64,000 nucleotides of DNA from a virus (Duplodnaviria > Caudoviricetes), in IMG/VR virus record IMGVR_UViG_3300032309_002614, positions 1 to 64,000 of that record; one strand, written 5' to 3'. The position numbers and the translations under genes are program-made. Positions 37,105-46,772 of the stretch are shown here, piece after piece (position 1 is the stretch's first letter; each line of letters starts with the position of its first letter). Below the pieces are notes generated by a model that made no database searches, was not told where the DNA came from, and saw nothing but the letters and a program-made list of their open reading frames with translations.

Positions 37105-39506
37105 AAAATTTAAATTTAACACCAAGAGCGCAAAAGCTAATCAAAGAAGCTTATAAAATAGCTGTAGATCTCAAGCATACAGAGATCACGCATCTTCATT
37201 TATTTATAAGTTTTTTGAATCTTAAGCAGAGTCAGATAGAAGAAGCATTTGGAAATTTTGGCATAGATTCTTTAAAAATAAAAAACAGTGCTATAACATT
37301 TTTAAAAATCAACACTACAGCACAAAAGAAAGCGGTAACTAAACCTTTATTATCTGAAGGCATAAAGACTATTTTTAAATGCGCCAAAACTATATCTTCA
37401 AAATTTGATCATAAATATATTGGACTAGAACATGTATTTTTAAGTTTATTTGAAGTTCCTAATCAAACTTTTGAACTTTACTTGATTGATTATAATTATG
37501 ATTTTGTTAAAGTCGTGGACTATGTTGAGCAAAAGCTAGAAGATGATGATATGTTACCAAGCGTTGAGGAGGAAATAAACAGTCCTAATGAAGCGAAACA
37601 AACTTTTGATATAAAGAAGTATAAGGTTTTAAATACTTATGCTAATAATCTTAATATACAAGTTGTTAATGGTAAAATAAATAATCTACATCTTAATAAA
37701 GAACTGATTCAAAAGATCTCAGAAGTTCTTTGTCGCAAAAATAAGAATAATCCACTTATTGTAGGCGAAGCTGGTGTTGGTAAAACAGCTTTAGTCGAAT
37801 CATTAGCGCAAGCCATCGTTAAAGGTGAGGCTTCCGATCTGCTTAGTCTAAAGCAGATTTATAGCTTGGATATTCCAATGATGATTGCTGGTTGTAAATT
37901 TCGTGGTGAATTCGAAGAGAAGATTAAAAACCTTTTAAAAGAAATCACAGATGATCCATATATTGTTCTGTTTATAGATGAAATCCACACAATCATTGGT
38001 GCTGGAAATCCAGAAAATGGCAACGATGTTGCTAATATTCTAAAGCCTTATTTAGCTAGAGGAGAAATTAGCTGCATTGGTGCTACTACTTTCGACGAAT
38101 ACAAGAAGACTATATCTGATGACCCAGCTTTATCTAGGCGTTTTCAGATTATTAAAATCGAAGAACCCACTAAAGAACAAACCTTTAATTTAATCAAGAA
38201 TATTAAAGGTGGATATGAAAATTTTCATGTCATAGATTTTTCTGATGATGTTATTCATTTTATCATTAATAGTGCTGAAAAGTATATTGAAGGAAGATTT
38301 CCTGACAAAGCTTTAGATATTATTGATCAAGTAGGAGCTAAAGTTAAATTAAAGAATTTTATAAAGTCTCCTGAAATGCTTAAAATAGAAAAGAAGCTCA
38401 GTAAATTTGTTGATTCTAACAAGCAAATACGAGATAAGAAAAAGATTACTTCTTTAGAAGATCTTCTTATCGAGTATGAAGAGTCTACAAAAAAGATGAT
38501 TGCTAATTGGCGCAATAACAGATATCAAGTTACAAATTCAGACATATTAGAAGTCGTCTCTGATAAAACCAATATTCCGGTTAATGATTTAAAATTACAA
38601 GACTTTGATAAAGTCAAGTTACTTAAAACCAGACTAAAAGAACAAGTACTTGGTCAAGACAATCAAATAGAACATATATATAAATGTTTAATAAGAGCGA
38701 AAGCTGGTTTTCGAAATCCAAATAAGCCTATTTGTTCAATGCTTTATGCTGGGCCGACAGGCGTTGGAAAAACAATGACTGCAAAAATAATTGCAGAAAC
38801 TATATTTATAAATAAGAATAATTTTATAACAATTGACATGTCTGAATACACAGACAAGACCGCCGTAAATAAACTAGTTGGATCTAGTCCCGGTTATATT
38901 GGATTTGATAAAGGTGGAGTATTAACTGAAAAGGTAAGAAAGAATCCATATTCTTTAATTCTTTTCGATGAAATTCAAAAAGCCGATCAAGATGTTTTGT
39001 ACTCTTTGTTACAAATCCTTGAAGAAGGAAAGATAACAGACTCTTCTGGAAAGACGGTTGATTTCTCTAACACTATGATTGTTATGACAACTAATATCGG
39101 TGCTGAAGTCGTCAATCATTCTGCTATAGGATTTGGAAAGCAGAAAGCTGGCAAATCTGATGTCCTTTCTTCTATCAAAAAGCATTTTCCACCTGATTTG
39201 TTAAACCGTATTGATGAAGTAGTTATTTTTGAGAGTCTTGAGCAAGAACAAATTAAATTAATCATTGATAAAGAATTACAATTATTTAAAACAGATCTAG
39301 CAGATAGAAATGTCAATATTAAATATTCTCCAGAAATAACTAACTTTATTTTTGATAAAATACAATTTAATAACTTTGGCGCACGACAAGTTATTAAAAC
39401 TATTCAACGAGAACTGCAAACACAAGTTGCAGAAAAAATGCTTGATTCTGATGAAAAATTAAATTTGGAAATTTCAGTTAAAGACAACAATATTTGTGTA
39501 ATTTAA
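37101..39506 (+). CDS. ClpA/ClpC-family AAA+ ATPase
   Basis: Clp N-domain repeats, [32 protein letters not shown] loop, FGARQ. Confidence 0.9.
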   Translation: MKNLNLTPRAQKLIKEAYKIAVDLKHTEITHLHLFISFLNLKQSQIEEAFGNFGIDSLKIKNSAITFLKINTTAQKKAVTKPLLSEGIKTIFKCAKTISSKFDHKYIGLEHVFLSLFEVPNQTFELYLIDYNYDFVKVVDYVEQKLEDDDMLPSVEEEINSPNEAKQTFDIKKYKVLNTYANNLNIQVVNGKINNLHLNKELIQKISEVLCRKNKNNPLIVGEAGVGKTALVESLAQAIVKGEASDLLSLKQIYSLDIPMMIAGCKFRGEFEEKIKNLLKEITDDPYIVLFIDEIHTIIGAGNPENGNDVANILKPYLARGEISCIGATTFDEYKKTISDDPALSRRFQIIKIEEPTKEQTFNLIKNIKGGYENFHVIDFSDDVIHFIINSAEKYIEGRFPDKALDIIDQVGAKVKLKNFIKSPEMLKIEKKLSKFVDSNKQIRDKKKITSLEDLLIEYEESTKKMIANWRNNRYQVTNSDILEVVSDKTNIPVNDLKLQDFDKVKLLKTRLKEQVLGQDNQIEHIYKCLIRAKAGFRNPNKPICSMLYAGPTGVGKTMTAKIIAETIFINKNNFITIDMSEYTDKTAVNKLVGSSPGYIGFDKGGVLTEKVRKNPYSLILFDEIQKADQDVLYSLLQILEEGKITDSSGKTVDFSNTMIVMTTNIGAEVVNHSAIGFGKQKAGKSDVLSSIKKHFPPDLLNRIDEVVIFESLEQEQIKLIIDKELQLFKTDLADRNVNIKYSPEITNFIFDKIQFNNFGARQVIKTIQRELQTQVAEKMLDSDEKLNLEISVKDNNICVI
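39496..39501 (+). promoter_or_regulatory. GTGTAA motif
   Basis: First G 16 nt before ATG 39512. Confidence 0.5.
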
Positions 39507-39511
39507 TTTGT

Positions 39512-39715
39512 ATGCCTTTACCTACTAAACATAAAAAAGAAACTGAACAAGAATTTGTGAATCGCTGTATGAGCGACGATATGATTAAAAATGATTTTAA
39601 AGATCAAAAACAAAGGTTAGCTGTTTGTTATTCTCAATATAAGATTCGTCACAAAGCTAAGGGCGAAACTAGTTGGGACGATGTTCGCAAAGGTGACAGT
39701 CTAAATATTCTATAA
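39512..39715 (+). CDS. Hypothetical protein with EFVNRCM...AVCYSQY motif
   Basis: ATG 39512 (MPLP) preferred over 39494. Confidence 0.6.
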   Translation: MPLPTKHKKETEQEFVNRCMSDDMIKNDFKDQKQRLAVCYSQYKIRHKAKGETSWDDVRKGDSLNIL

Positions 39716-39718
39716 TAT

Positions 39719-40867
39719 ATGAACGATCATAATCCTATTTACGGTATGAATCCAAATCCTCCAGTATCAAACGATACGTTTGATTTTGCGATGCCAGATA
39801 TTCCTGAGCCTCCTCAATCAGAAAAACCAGAACCAAAGGACAAAGATGCGGTTGGTTTTAAATTTGGCTTTATTGGTGCTGGTCAAGGTGGCGGCAAACT
39901 AGCTGAAACGTTCTCTCAAATTGGTTATGCTCGCGTTGGCGTAATTAATACTGCTGATCAAGATCTTGCTACTATCAATGTACCAAACAAGATGAAGTTT
40001 GGTGAGCAACAAGGAGCGGGTAAGAATAGAGAGTTTGCTAAACAAGCTTTCTTGAATAGTAAAGAAGATGTCGTTGATTTTATTAAATCTTCTGTTGGTA
40101 CGGATATTGATCGTATTTTTGTAACAGTTGGTGCTGGTGGTGGAACTGGTGCTGGTGTTTGCTCCGAACTTGTTAAGACGGTTAAGGAATATCAAAATAC
40201 TGTAAAGGCAAGTTCTCCTTATGTTGGTCTAATTCTCGCTCTGCCAAAGCTTTCTGAAGGTAAGAAAGTTAGTCAAAATGCTTACGAGACACTAAAGGAA
40301 GCTTGTGAACTAGTAGAGCAAAAGATTGTTTCTCCTCTTATTATTCTTGATAATGAAAGAATTAATACTCTTTATCCAAAGCTATCTGTAAATAAATTCT
40401 GGCAAGTTGCAAATGCCAATATTTGTTCTCTATTCCACTTGTTTAATAATATTATAACAAAGAATAGTCAATATAGCACATTCGATACAAATGATTTCAG
40501 AACTGTTCTCGATTCTGGTATTATGGTTTTTGGTGCAGCTAACATTACTAATCATAGCAGTGAAGCCGAAATCAGTAAGGCAGTACGCGAAAATCTCAAG
40601 AGAAATGTTTTGTGCGGCGAACTTGATCTTTCTACTGGTAGCACCGCTGCTGCTGTGGCTATTTGTGACGAAAAGACGTTAGACTATATTCCTCAAGAAT
40701 ACCTAGACAATGCTTTTAATCAATTAAATAGAACTTTAAAGACTAACAGCACGGTTCATCAAGGTGTTTACAAGGGTGTTAAAGAAGGTCTTTCTATTTT
40801 TACTGCAATTGGCGGCATCACGACTCCAACTGGTAAACTAGAAGCTCTTCTAAAAGCTAGTCAATAA
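39719..40867 (+). CDS. FtsZ/tubulin-superfamily GTPase
   Basis: IGAGQGGGK, INTA, GAG, GAGGGTGAG signature, ILDNE, FDTND T7-like loop. Confidence 0.9.
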   Translation: MNDHNPIYGMNPNPPVSNDTFDFAMPDIPEPPQSEKPEPKDKDAVGFKFGFIGAGQGGGKLAETFSQIGYARVGVINTADQDLATINVPNKMKFGEQQGAGKNREFAKQAFLNSKEDVVDFIKSSVGTDIDRIFVTVGAGGGTGAGVCSELVKTVKEYQNTVKASSPYVGLILALPKLSEGKKVSQNAYETLKEACELVEQKIVSPLIILDNERINTLYPKLSVNKFWQVANANICSLFHLFNNIITKNSQYSTFDTNDFRTVLDSGIMVFGAANITNHSSEAEISKAVRENLKRNVLCGELDLSTGSTAAAVAICDEKTLDYIPQEYLDNAFNQLNRTLKTNSTVHQGVYKGVKEGLSIFTAIGGITTPTGKLEALLKASQ

Positions 40868-40873
40868 GTGTAA
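40868..40873 (+). promoter_or_regulatory. GTGTAA motif
   Basis: First G 14 nt before ATG 40882. Confidence 0.6.
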
Positions 40874-40881
40874 TTAAATAT

Positions 40882-41109
40882 ATGGCTAACAATCAAGACA
40901 TAGAATTTTGTTATTTTAATACTGGCACAACTATCACTCCAACAATCGATAGAGATATTTATATCGTTTCTGCTTTAGCTTCATTTAGTGGAGATTTTGG
41001 AACTGTAACTGTAGGAGCGAATCAATCTTTGAATCCTGCTTTTCCAATTAAAATTTCTAGTCCAGTTGTCAGCGGAACTGCTAGAAGTTTGTTTTATTAT
41101 TTCGATTAA
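40882..41109 (+). CDS. Small beta-rich hypothetical protein
   Basis: ORF track with upstream GTGTAA motif. Confidence 0.6.
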   Translation: MANNQDIEFCYFNTGTTITPTIDRDIYIVSALASFSGDFGTVTVGANQSLNPAFPIKISSPVVSGTARSLFYYFD

Positions 41110-41120
41110 TTTTATTAGAA

Positions 41121-41153
41121 ATATCGCAGGATACTCATAATATCCTGCGATAT
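41121..41153. repeat. Perfect 13-bp inverted repeat abutting ATG 41154
   Basis: ATATCGCAGGATA-ctcataa-TATCCTGCGATAT. Confidence 0.9.
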
Positions 41154-41747
41154 ATGAATCTTCAGATCTATAAGCCAAACCCTAAGAATCAGGGTTGCGC
41201 CATCAGCTTCCAAATCTCACAAAAGCCAAGTAGTGAGCCACAGTTTTATGTAAACTGTATTGCTCAACATTCTTGGAATGATCAGGCTAAGACAGGCTCA
41301 TTCGCCGAGAGCCGTAACAATCCTTCAAAGACTATCGCTATTAAGTTCAACGAGTTTGAACTTGGAGAAATGATCAACGCATTTCAGCAGAAGACTTCTT
41401 ACTCTTCTTTTCATTCTAGCGAGTCAAACAAGACTCAAATTAAGCTCGCTCCCTATGAAAAGACTAAGGGAACGGGAGAGTATGCTGTTAAGTATACTGC
41501 TTTTGGTTTGTCATTTACGCGAAATGGTGCAGACACTTTCAAGGTTCCACTAGAGCCGGGAGAAGCTGTGCGATTGATTGCTTTCATTAATAAGTTTTAT
41601 TCTGTTCTTGATGACTCACGCAAGCTACCAACAAAGAGCGAACAACCCGCTCCAATAGTAAAGCGAGAAGCCGCTACTCAAAAAACTCCTCCAAAGTCCA
41701 AGAAGCCAGAACCAGTTGCTGCCGATTCCGAAGAAATGGATTTCTAA
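41154..41747 (+). CDS. Putative ssDNA-binding protein (Whirly/PC4-like pattern, acidic tail)
   Basis: QIYKP...AISF...KFNEFELGEM, Pro/Lys linker, ends ADSEEMDF. Confidence 0.5.
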   Translation: MNLQIYKPNPKNQGCAISFQISQKPSSEPQFYVNCIAQHSWNDQAKTGSFAESRNNPSKTIAIKFNEFELGEMINAFQQKTSYSSFHSSESNKTQIKLAPYEKTKGTGEYAVKYTAFGLSFTRNGADTFKVPLEPGEAVRLIAFINKFYSVLDDSRKLPTKSEQPAPIVKREAATQKTPPKSKKPEPVAADSEEMDF

Positions 41748-43642
41748 TGCGTAAAAAACGGGTTTTAATTCATAGCAATTTTTGCAAAATGTTTACTGGC
41801 TTTGGTAAGCATAAAAAGAATCTATTATCTTATCTATACAAGACCGGCAAATACGATATTATTGAATTAAGTAATGGATATACTTGGGAATCTGAACAAT
41901 TAAAATTTGTTCCTTGGAGGTCTTATGGTACTTTACCAGACGATCCAGAGATTCATAAGGAAATTGCTATTGATGAAAGGCGTAAAAATGCTGCTGGTTA
42001 TGGCGCAGAAATGATTGATCATGCAGTAAAAGAGTTAAAACCCGATATTTATTTAGGCATTGAAGACGTTTGGGCGTTCAACGGTTTTGTAGAAAAAGAA
42101 TGGTGGAATAAAGTTCATTGTATTATTCATACCACTTTAGACAGCTTACCAATCCTTCCTGATGCTGTATCAATAGCCCCTAAAATAAATCATTATTTTG
42201 TATGGGCTTCTTTTGCTGAAAAAGCAATGCACAAACTTGGACATACTAATGTAAAAACAGTACATGGCACATTGGATACAGATTCTTTTTATAGACTTAG
42301 CGATGAAGATAGAAAAAAGATTCGTGCGCGTTTCAAGTTAGATCAAGAATTTATTATTGGTTTCGTTTTTAGAAATCAATTACGAAAGTCAGTTCCTAAT
42401 TTGCTTGATGGATTTAAATTATTTCAAACTGCGAATCCAAATTCAAATGCCAAACTTCTTTTGCATACTTATTGGAATGAGGGGTGGGATATTCTTAAGT
42501 TATTGAAGGAGAAAGAAATTGATCTAAAAAATATATTAACAACTTATGTTTGTAAAAACTGTAATGGATATCATGTTAAACCATTTGCAGCGCACATTAT
42601 AAATTGCGATTATTGTCGCGCACAAAATAGTTGTGAAACAACTAATGTAAAAACAGGAGTAAATGAACAACAGTTGAACGAAATATATAATCTTATGGAT
42701 GTATATTGTCATCCATTTACTTCTGGTGGGCAAGAAATACCTATTCAAGAAGCAAAGCTTACTGAATTGATAACACTTGTTACTAATTATAGTTGCGGTG
42801 AAGATTGTTCTACTGAAGAGAGTGGCGGCTTTCCTCTTGAATGGGCTGAATACAGAGAGCCGGGAACGCAATTTATTAAAGCGTCTACTTTGCCAACAAG
42901 TATTTTTTCTTATTTGCAGTATGTATATAATTTATCTTCAGAAACTAGAAAACTATTAGGTAAAAAAGCTAGACAATTCGTAATAGATAATTATAGTATA
43001 GAAGTTGTTGGCAAGTTTTTCGAAGATTTATTTGATAGTCTGCCTGAAGTAAATTATGTCTTTGAAAATAAAAAGACAAAATGCAATCCATTTTACGATG
43101 TAAATGAAAATTTAAAAGATAAAGAATGGGTGGAGTCTTTATACGAAAACATTTTAACTAAAAAAGATCCTGTTGGAGTAACTCATTGGGTTCAAAGATT
43201 AAACACTGATCTTAAAAGATCTGATGTTCTAAATTATTTTAGAAAGATAGCTACGATAGAAAATCAAAATGCATTTCTTAATGAAATGTTAGAATCTTTG
43301 AAAGAAAATAATAATTGTAAAAAAATTGCTTTTGTACAACCTGAAGGTGCAGAAGAAATAATTATAGCAACATCTTTGGTATCATCAATTAAGAAGCTTT
43401 ATCCAGAACACGATATTTATTTTTTTACTAAATCAGAATACTTTGATATTATAAATTCTCATCCAGATGTGAAGAAAGTTCTTAATTACTTCGACAAAAT
43501 GAATGATCCTTTATTTTTTGAAGGCAAAGGATCTGGTACTAAATATTTTGATATAGTTTATGCCCCTCATTTGTCAATAAATAACAATTATTTTAGAAAC
43601 GGCGAAGATAAGCTACAATATAACGTTTATGAATCTAACTGA
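41747..43642 (+). CDS. Multi-domain glycosyltransferase (GT4 with Cys-rich insert plus GT9-like N-segment)
   Basis: TGFG, RNQLRK, GGQEIPIQEA; CKNC...CDYC insert; IKKLYPEHDIYF. Confidence 0.7.
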   Translation: MRKKRVLIHSNFCKMFTGFGKHKKNLLSYLYKTGKYDIIELSNGYTWESEQLKFVPWRSYGTLPDDPEIHKEIAIDERRKNAAGYGAEMIDHAVKELKPDIYLGIEDVWAFNGFVEKEWWNKVHCIIHTTLDSLPILPDAVSIAPKINHYFVWASFAEKAMHKLGHTNVKTVHGTLDTDSFYRLSDEDRKKIRARFKLDQEFIIGFVFRNQLRKSVPNLLDGFKLFQTANPNSNAKLLLHTYWNEGWDILKLLKEKEIDLKNILTTYVCKNCNGYHVKPFAAHIINCDYCRAQNSCETTNVKTGVNEQQLNEIYNLMDVYCHPFTSGGQEIPIQEAKLTELITLVTNYSCGEDCSTEESGGFPLEWAEYREPGTQFIKASTLPTSIFSYLQYVYNLSSETRKLLGKKARQFVIDNYSIEVVGKFFEDLFDSLPEVNYVFENKKTKCNPFYDVNENLKDKEWVESLYENILTKKDPVGVTHWVQRLNTDLKRSDVLNYFRKIATIENQNAFLNEMLESLKENNNCKKIAFVQPEGAEEIIIATSLVSSIKKLYPEHDIYFFTKSEYFDIINSHPDVKKVLNYFDKMNDPLFFEGKGSGTKYFDIVYAPHLSINNNYFRNGEDKLQYNVYESN

Positions 43643-44822
43643 AAAAATGGCCTTGGATTGTGGAGTTAAGATTTCACAACCTTATCTTGATAGATATTTT
43701 CTTCCAGTAAGAAATGATAATTATATAATAATTGATACACGTTGCAAAAGTGCAACTGGTGAATACGATTACTTTAACGATGTTCTTGATTTAATAAAGC
43801 CATATTTAAAAGAAGCTGGTATTGATATTTTTCAAATAGCTACTGATAAAAACGTAAAACTAGCTTGCGATAAATGTTTCATCACGATTAATAAAAAACA
43901 AGAAAACTATTTAATATCCAAAGCTAGACTTTTAATTTCTAATGAGAATTATAGTTTGCATATAGCTTCGGTATTTAATACGAAATCTATTGGCTTATAT
44001 TCTTTATTTAATCCAATCAATACCAGACCAGTTTGGAACACGAATTCTCAAATCATCCTTGAATCACATAGAGATGGTAATCTTCCTTCTTATGGACGAT
44101 TAAATGAATCGCCAAAAACGATTAATTTTATTAGTCCATACGTTATAGCAAAAAATATTTTAGATTCTCTTGGCATATCTAACGATCTTGAGCGTTTTGA
44201 ATTGGTTCATTTGGGCAAGAGTTTTAATCAAAAAATTGTAGAAATTGTTCCTGATTTTATTTCTGATGCGAATTTCATGAAAGAAAGATCTATTAATTTA
44301 AGGCTCGATTACGTTTCTAACTTAAATTCGTCTGTTTTTAATTATTGGATGACCAATAGAAAGGTGAATATTATTACTAATAAAGATATTAATATTAATA
44401 TGATTGCTCCTTATAGAAATAATATTCTATTAATGACTATAATATTGTCTGAAAATATTTCTGAAAAATTTTTAAAACACTGTAAATCTATAGGTTTAAA
44501 ATTAAAAATCTTTTGCGACGTTAAAGATAAGCTGGAAGAGTATAGATTTAAATTTTTAAATTGGGAAGTTCATCAAGATTTTGAAAATGAAGGTTCTTTA
44601 AATAAACTAGACACTCTTTCTCAAAAGTCTAAATTTATAAGCTCAAAAATTTTAATTTCCAAGGGTAAACAATTTTCTTGCAAAGCTAACTATTTCGCAA
44701 ATAAACATCTTGACAATTCTGAAGAATCTGTTATTCTGTCAAAAGAATTCGAACAAGAAATAGAATTCTTTAAAATTTACAATGAGCGAAAAGAATCCAC
44801 ATCTAGTACCTCAGTCGCGTAA
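43629..44822 (+). CDS. Hypothetical protein, GT9-like segments
   Basis: YDYFNDV, ARLLISN, IGLYS resemble heptosyltransferase C-domain. Confidence 0.45.
   Translation: MNLTEKMALDCGVKISQPYLDRYFLPVRNDNYIIIDTRCKSATGEYDYFNDVLDLIKPYLKEAGIDIFQIATDKNVKLACDKCFITINKKQENYLISKARLLISNENYSLHIASVFNTKSIGLYSLFNPINTRPVWNTNSQIILESHRDGNLPSYGRLNESPKTINFISPYVIAKNILDSLGISNDLERFELVHLGKSFNQKIVEIVPDFISDANFMKERSINLRLDYVSNLNSSVFNYWMTNRKVNIITNKDININMIAPYRNNILLMTIILSENISEKFLKHCKSIGLKLKIFCDVKDKLEEYRFKFLNWEVHQDFENEGSLNKLDTLSQKSKFISSKILISKGKQFSCKANYFANKHLDNSEESVILSKEFEQEIEFFKIYNERKESTSSTSVA
44710..44737 (+). promoter_or_regulatory. Sigma70-like promoter
   Basis: TTGACA-16nt-TATTCT with TG extension, inside the 3' end of the upstream gene. 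Confidence 0.5.
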
Positions 44823-45531
44823 CGCATGGGGTTTAATTGAAGGCGTAGACTATAAAACAAATGAAGACGGCTCAATCAACTGGCGAGCAATGGTTAAGGC
44901 AGAGCATCTGTTCCCGAATAGAGGATGGTTTGAGTCTCGTAAGCAGCAGATGCCCACTTCCATTGAAGGTCTTGCTGATAACCAGCTTCTTATCAAGCTT
45001 GCTGGCATTAAAGAGCTTGCAAAACTCCGAGGATACACAAGCGTAAAATATGATGTAGTTAAGTGTGAAGCTTCTTATGTATCTATTAAGTGCGGTATAA
45101 CTTGGATTCCAAATTATGAATCAGAATATGAAAGTTACTACGAAGATATCGCAAATGCTACAGTCAATAATACTTCAGATTTTGCTGTCAAATTTTTGGA
45201 GACGATTGCAGCTAATCGTGCATTCGTTAGGGCTGTAAGAAATTTCCTTAACGTACACATCGTAGGTAGCGATGAAATTGACGCTTCCAAGAAAGGCACT
45301 CCTTCAGTATTTGAAGACGACAATGAAGTAGCTCTACCTTCTTCTCAAGGAATGCTGGAGAAGACTGCTAAAAATTCTGGATTATCTTCGTTTGAAGAGT
45401 TTCAAGAATATCTTCGAAATGCTTGGAAGGTTGGTGTTTACAAGAATTCTGATGCTAAAGTCTGGACTTGTTACAACGATATTCCTGCAAAAGAAGCTAG
45501 AATTCTAATGTCAATTCTAAAAGATAAGTGA
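44782..45531 (+). CDS. Putative single-strand annealing protein (Rad52/Sak-like)
   Basis: LAGIKELA...ETIAANRAFVRAVRNFL...DE helix pattern. Confidence 0.5.
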   Translation: MSEKNPHLVPQSRNAWGLIEGVDYKTNEDGSINWRAMVKAEHLFPNRGWFESRKQQMPTSIEGLADNQLLIKLAGIKELAKLRGYTSVKYDVVKCEASYVSIKCGITWIPNYESEYESYYEDIANATVNNTSDFAVKFLETIAANRAFVRAVRNFLNVHIVGSDEIDASKKGTPSVFEDDNEVALPSSQGMLEKTAKNSGLSSFEEFQEYLRNAWKVGVYKNSDAKVWTCYNDIPAKEARILMSILKDK

Positions 45532-45532
45532 T

Positions 45533-46009
45533 ATGGATACTATAGCTACAATAACTACACATCTTAGTAATATTGAAAAAGTTTTATCAATCAATATTAA
45601 GAAGCTTTCTGACAACGCAATTATACCTAGCAAAGGAACGAGTTTTGCTGCTGGATATGATTTATATGCAGCGGAAGATGCGCTAGTTGTTTGCGGCAGC
45701 AGAAAACTAATTAAGACAAACATTTCAATGCAGATTACTCGCGGTTATTATGGACGTATTGCTCCTCGTTCTGGCCTAGCTTACAAGAGTGGAATTGATG
45801 TTCTAGCTGGCGTAATTGATTCTGATTATCGTGGAGATATTGGAGTTATTCTTTATAATACAGACAAGAACATTGATTTTGAAATTAAGAAGGGCGATAG
45901 AATTGCTCAGATTATTTTTGAAGCTTGTTATACCGCTACTTTAAATAATGTAGAAAACTTAGATAATACCTTGAGACAAGGTGGCGGCTATGGATCTACA
46001 GGCGTATGA
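45533..46009 (+). CDS. dut: dUTPase (trimeric)
   Basis: AAGYDL, IAPRSG, GVIDSDYRG, RIAQ, RQGGGYGSTG. Confidence 0.95.
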   Translation: MDTIATITTHLSNIEKVLSINIKKLSDNAIIPSKGTSFAAGYDLYAAEDALVVCGSRKLIKTNISMQITRGYYGRIAPRSGLAYKSGIDVLAGVIDSDYRGDIGVILYNTDKNIDFEIKKGDRIAQIIFEACYTATLNNVENLDNTLRQGGGYGSTGV

Positions 46010-46287
46010 ACGACAAACATATTAAAAAGATTTTAGATAAACAATTTAAGATAGCTAATTTAGATCTTAAATATGAAGATGTCCGCGACGATCAAACTCC
46101 AAATTGGCTCACAAAGTATTCTTGCACCGAAGAAGACAATGAAAAGTGGAAGAATTGGACTATGAAATATATGCGCGAAAAGATGAAACTCACTAAAGAT
46201 AAAGCATTGATAGAAACAGCGTGGATTGATTTGAATTTCGGACTACGAACTTCAACTCATTCTGTCAAGAAATCTAAAAAGAAGTGA
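46006..46287 (+). CDS. Hypothetical protein
   Basis: ORF track; coupled overlap. Confidence 0.6.
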   Translation: MNDKHIKKILDKQFKIANLDLKYEDVRDDQTPNWLTKYSCTEEDNEKWKNWTMKYMREKMKLTKDKALIETAWIDLNFGLRTSTHSVKKSKKK

Positions 46288-46559
46288 AGCGAGATCTTAA
46301 ATTATTAGATCTATGCAAGATTCTTGATACAGATTATTCTGATTATGGAGGAAAAATACGTCGCCACAGCGATCCAGATTACAATTATAGCGATTGTAGT
46401 TGTGGCTGTAAGTATTTTATTCCTTTATACAATCAGAAATATAGAGATGCAGACGTTGACTTCGGAGTCTGCACAAATAAAAGAAGTAAAAGATGCGGAC
46501 TACTTACATTCGAACACCAAGCTGGCTACGGATGTTTTGAAACAGAAAAATTAAAATAA
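46284..46559 (+). CDS. Cys-rich hypothetical protein
   Basis: DCSCGC...GVC...GLLTFEH..C. Confidence 0.6.
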   Translation: MKRDLKLLDLCKILDTDYSDYGGKIRRHSDPDYNYSDCSCGCKYFIPLYNQKYRDADVDFGVCTNKRSKRCGLLTFEHQAGYGCFETEKLK

Positions 46560-46599
46560 TTATATAAAAGTTCTAGATTTTTAGAATATAAAAATTTAT

Positions 46600-46684
46600 G
46601 GTTGAATGGCTGAGTGGTTTAAAGCAGAAGTTTACTAAACTTCAGTGCGTAAAAGCACCCAAGGTTCGAATCCTTGTTCAACCT
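46600..46684 (+). tRNA. tRNA-Ser with ACT anticodon (class II, no encoded CCA)
   Basis: GGTTGAA/TTCAACC acceptor, GAAGT-ttACTaa-ACTTC anticodon arm, GTGC/GCAC variable arm, CAAGG-TTCGAAT-CCTTG T arm. Confidence 0.8.
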
Positions 46685-46689
46685 AGAAA

Positions 46690-46765
46690 TGGGAGTTCGT
46701 ATAATGGCTTATTATGTCTCGCTTTGAACGAGAAGAAGGGGTTTCGATCACCTCACTCCCAACCA
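46690..46765 (+). tRNA. tRNA-Gln(TTG) with encoded CCA
   Basis: TGGGAGT/ACTCCCA acceptor, TCTCG-ctTTGaa-CGAGA, TTCGATC T loop. Confidence 0.9.
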
Positions 46766-46772
46766 TTTTATA

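Noticed and set aside
39719-40867. Tubulin as proof of a nucleus-forming phage
   Set aside because: No chimallin or multisubunit phage RNA polymerase seen here, and the DnaE/sigma toolkit differs from known nucleus-forming phages.
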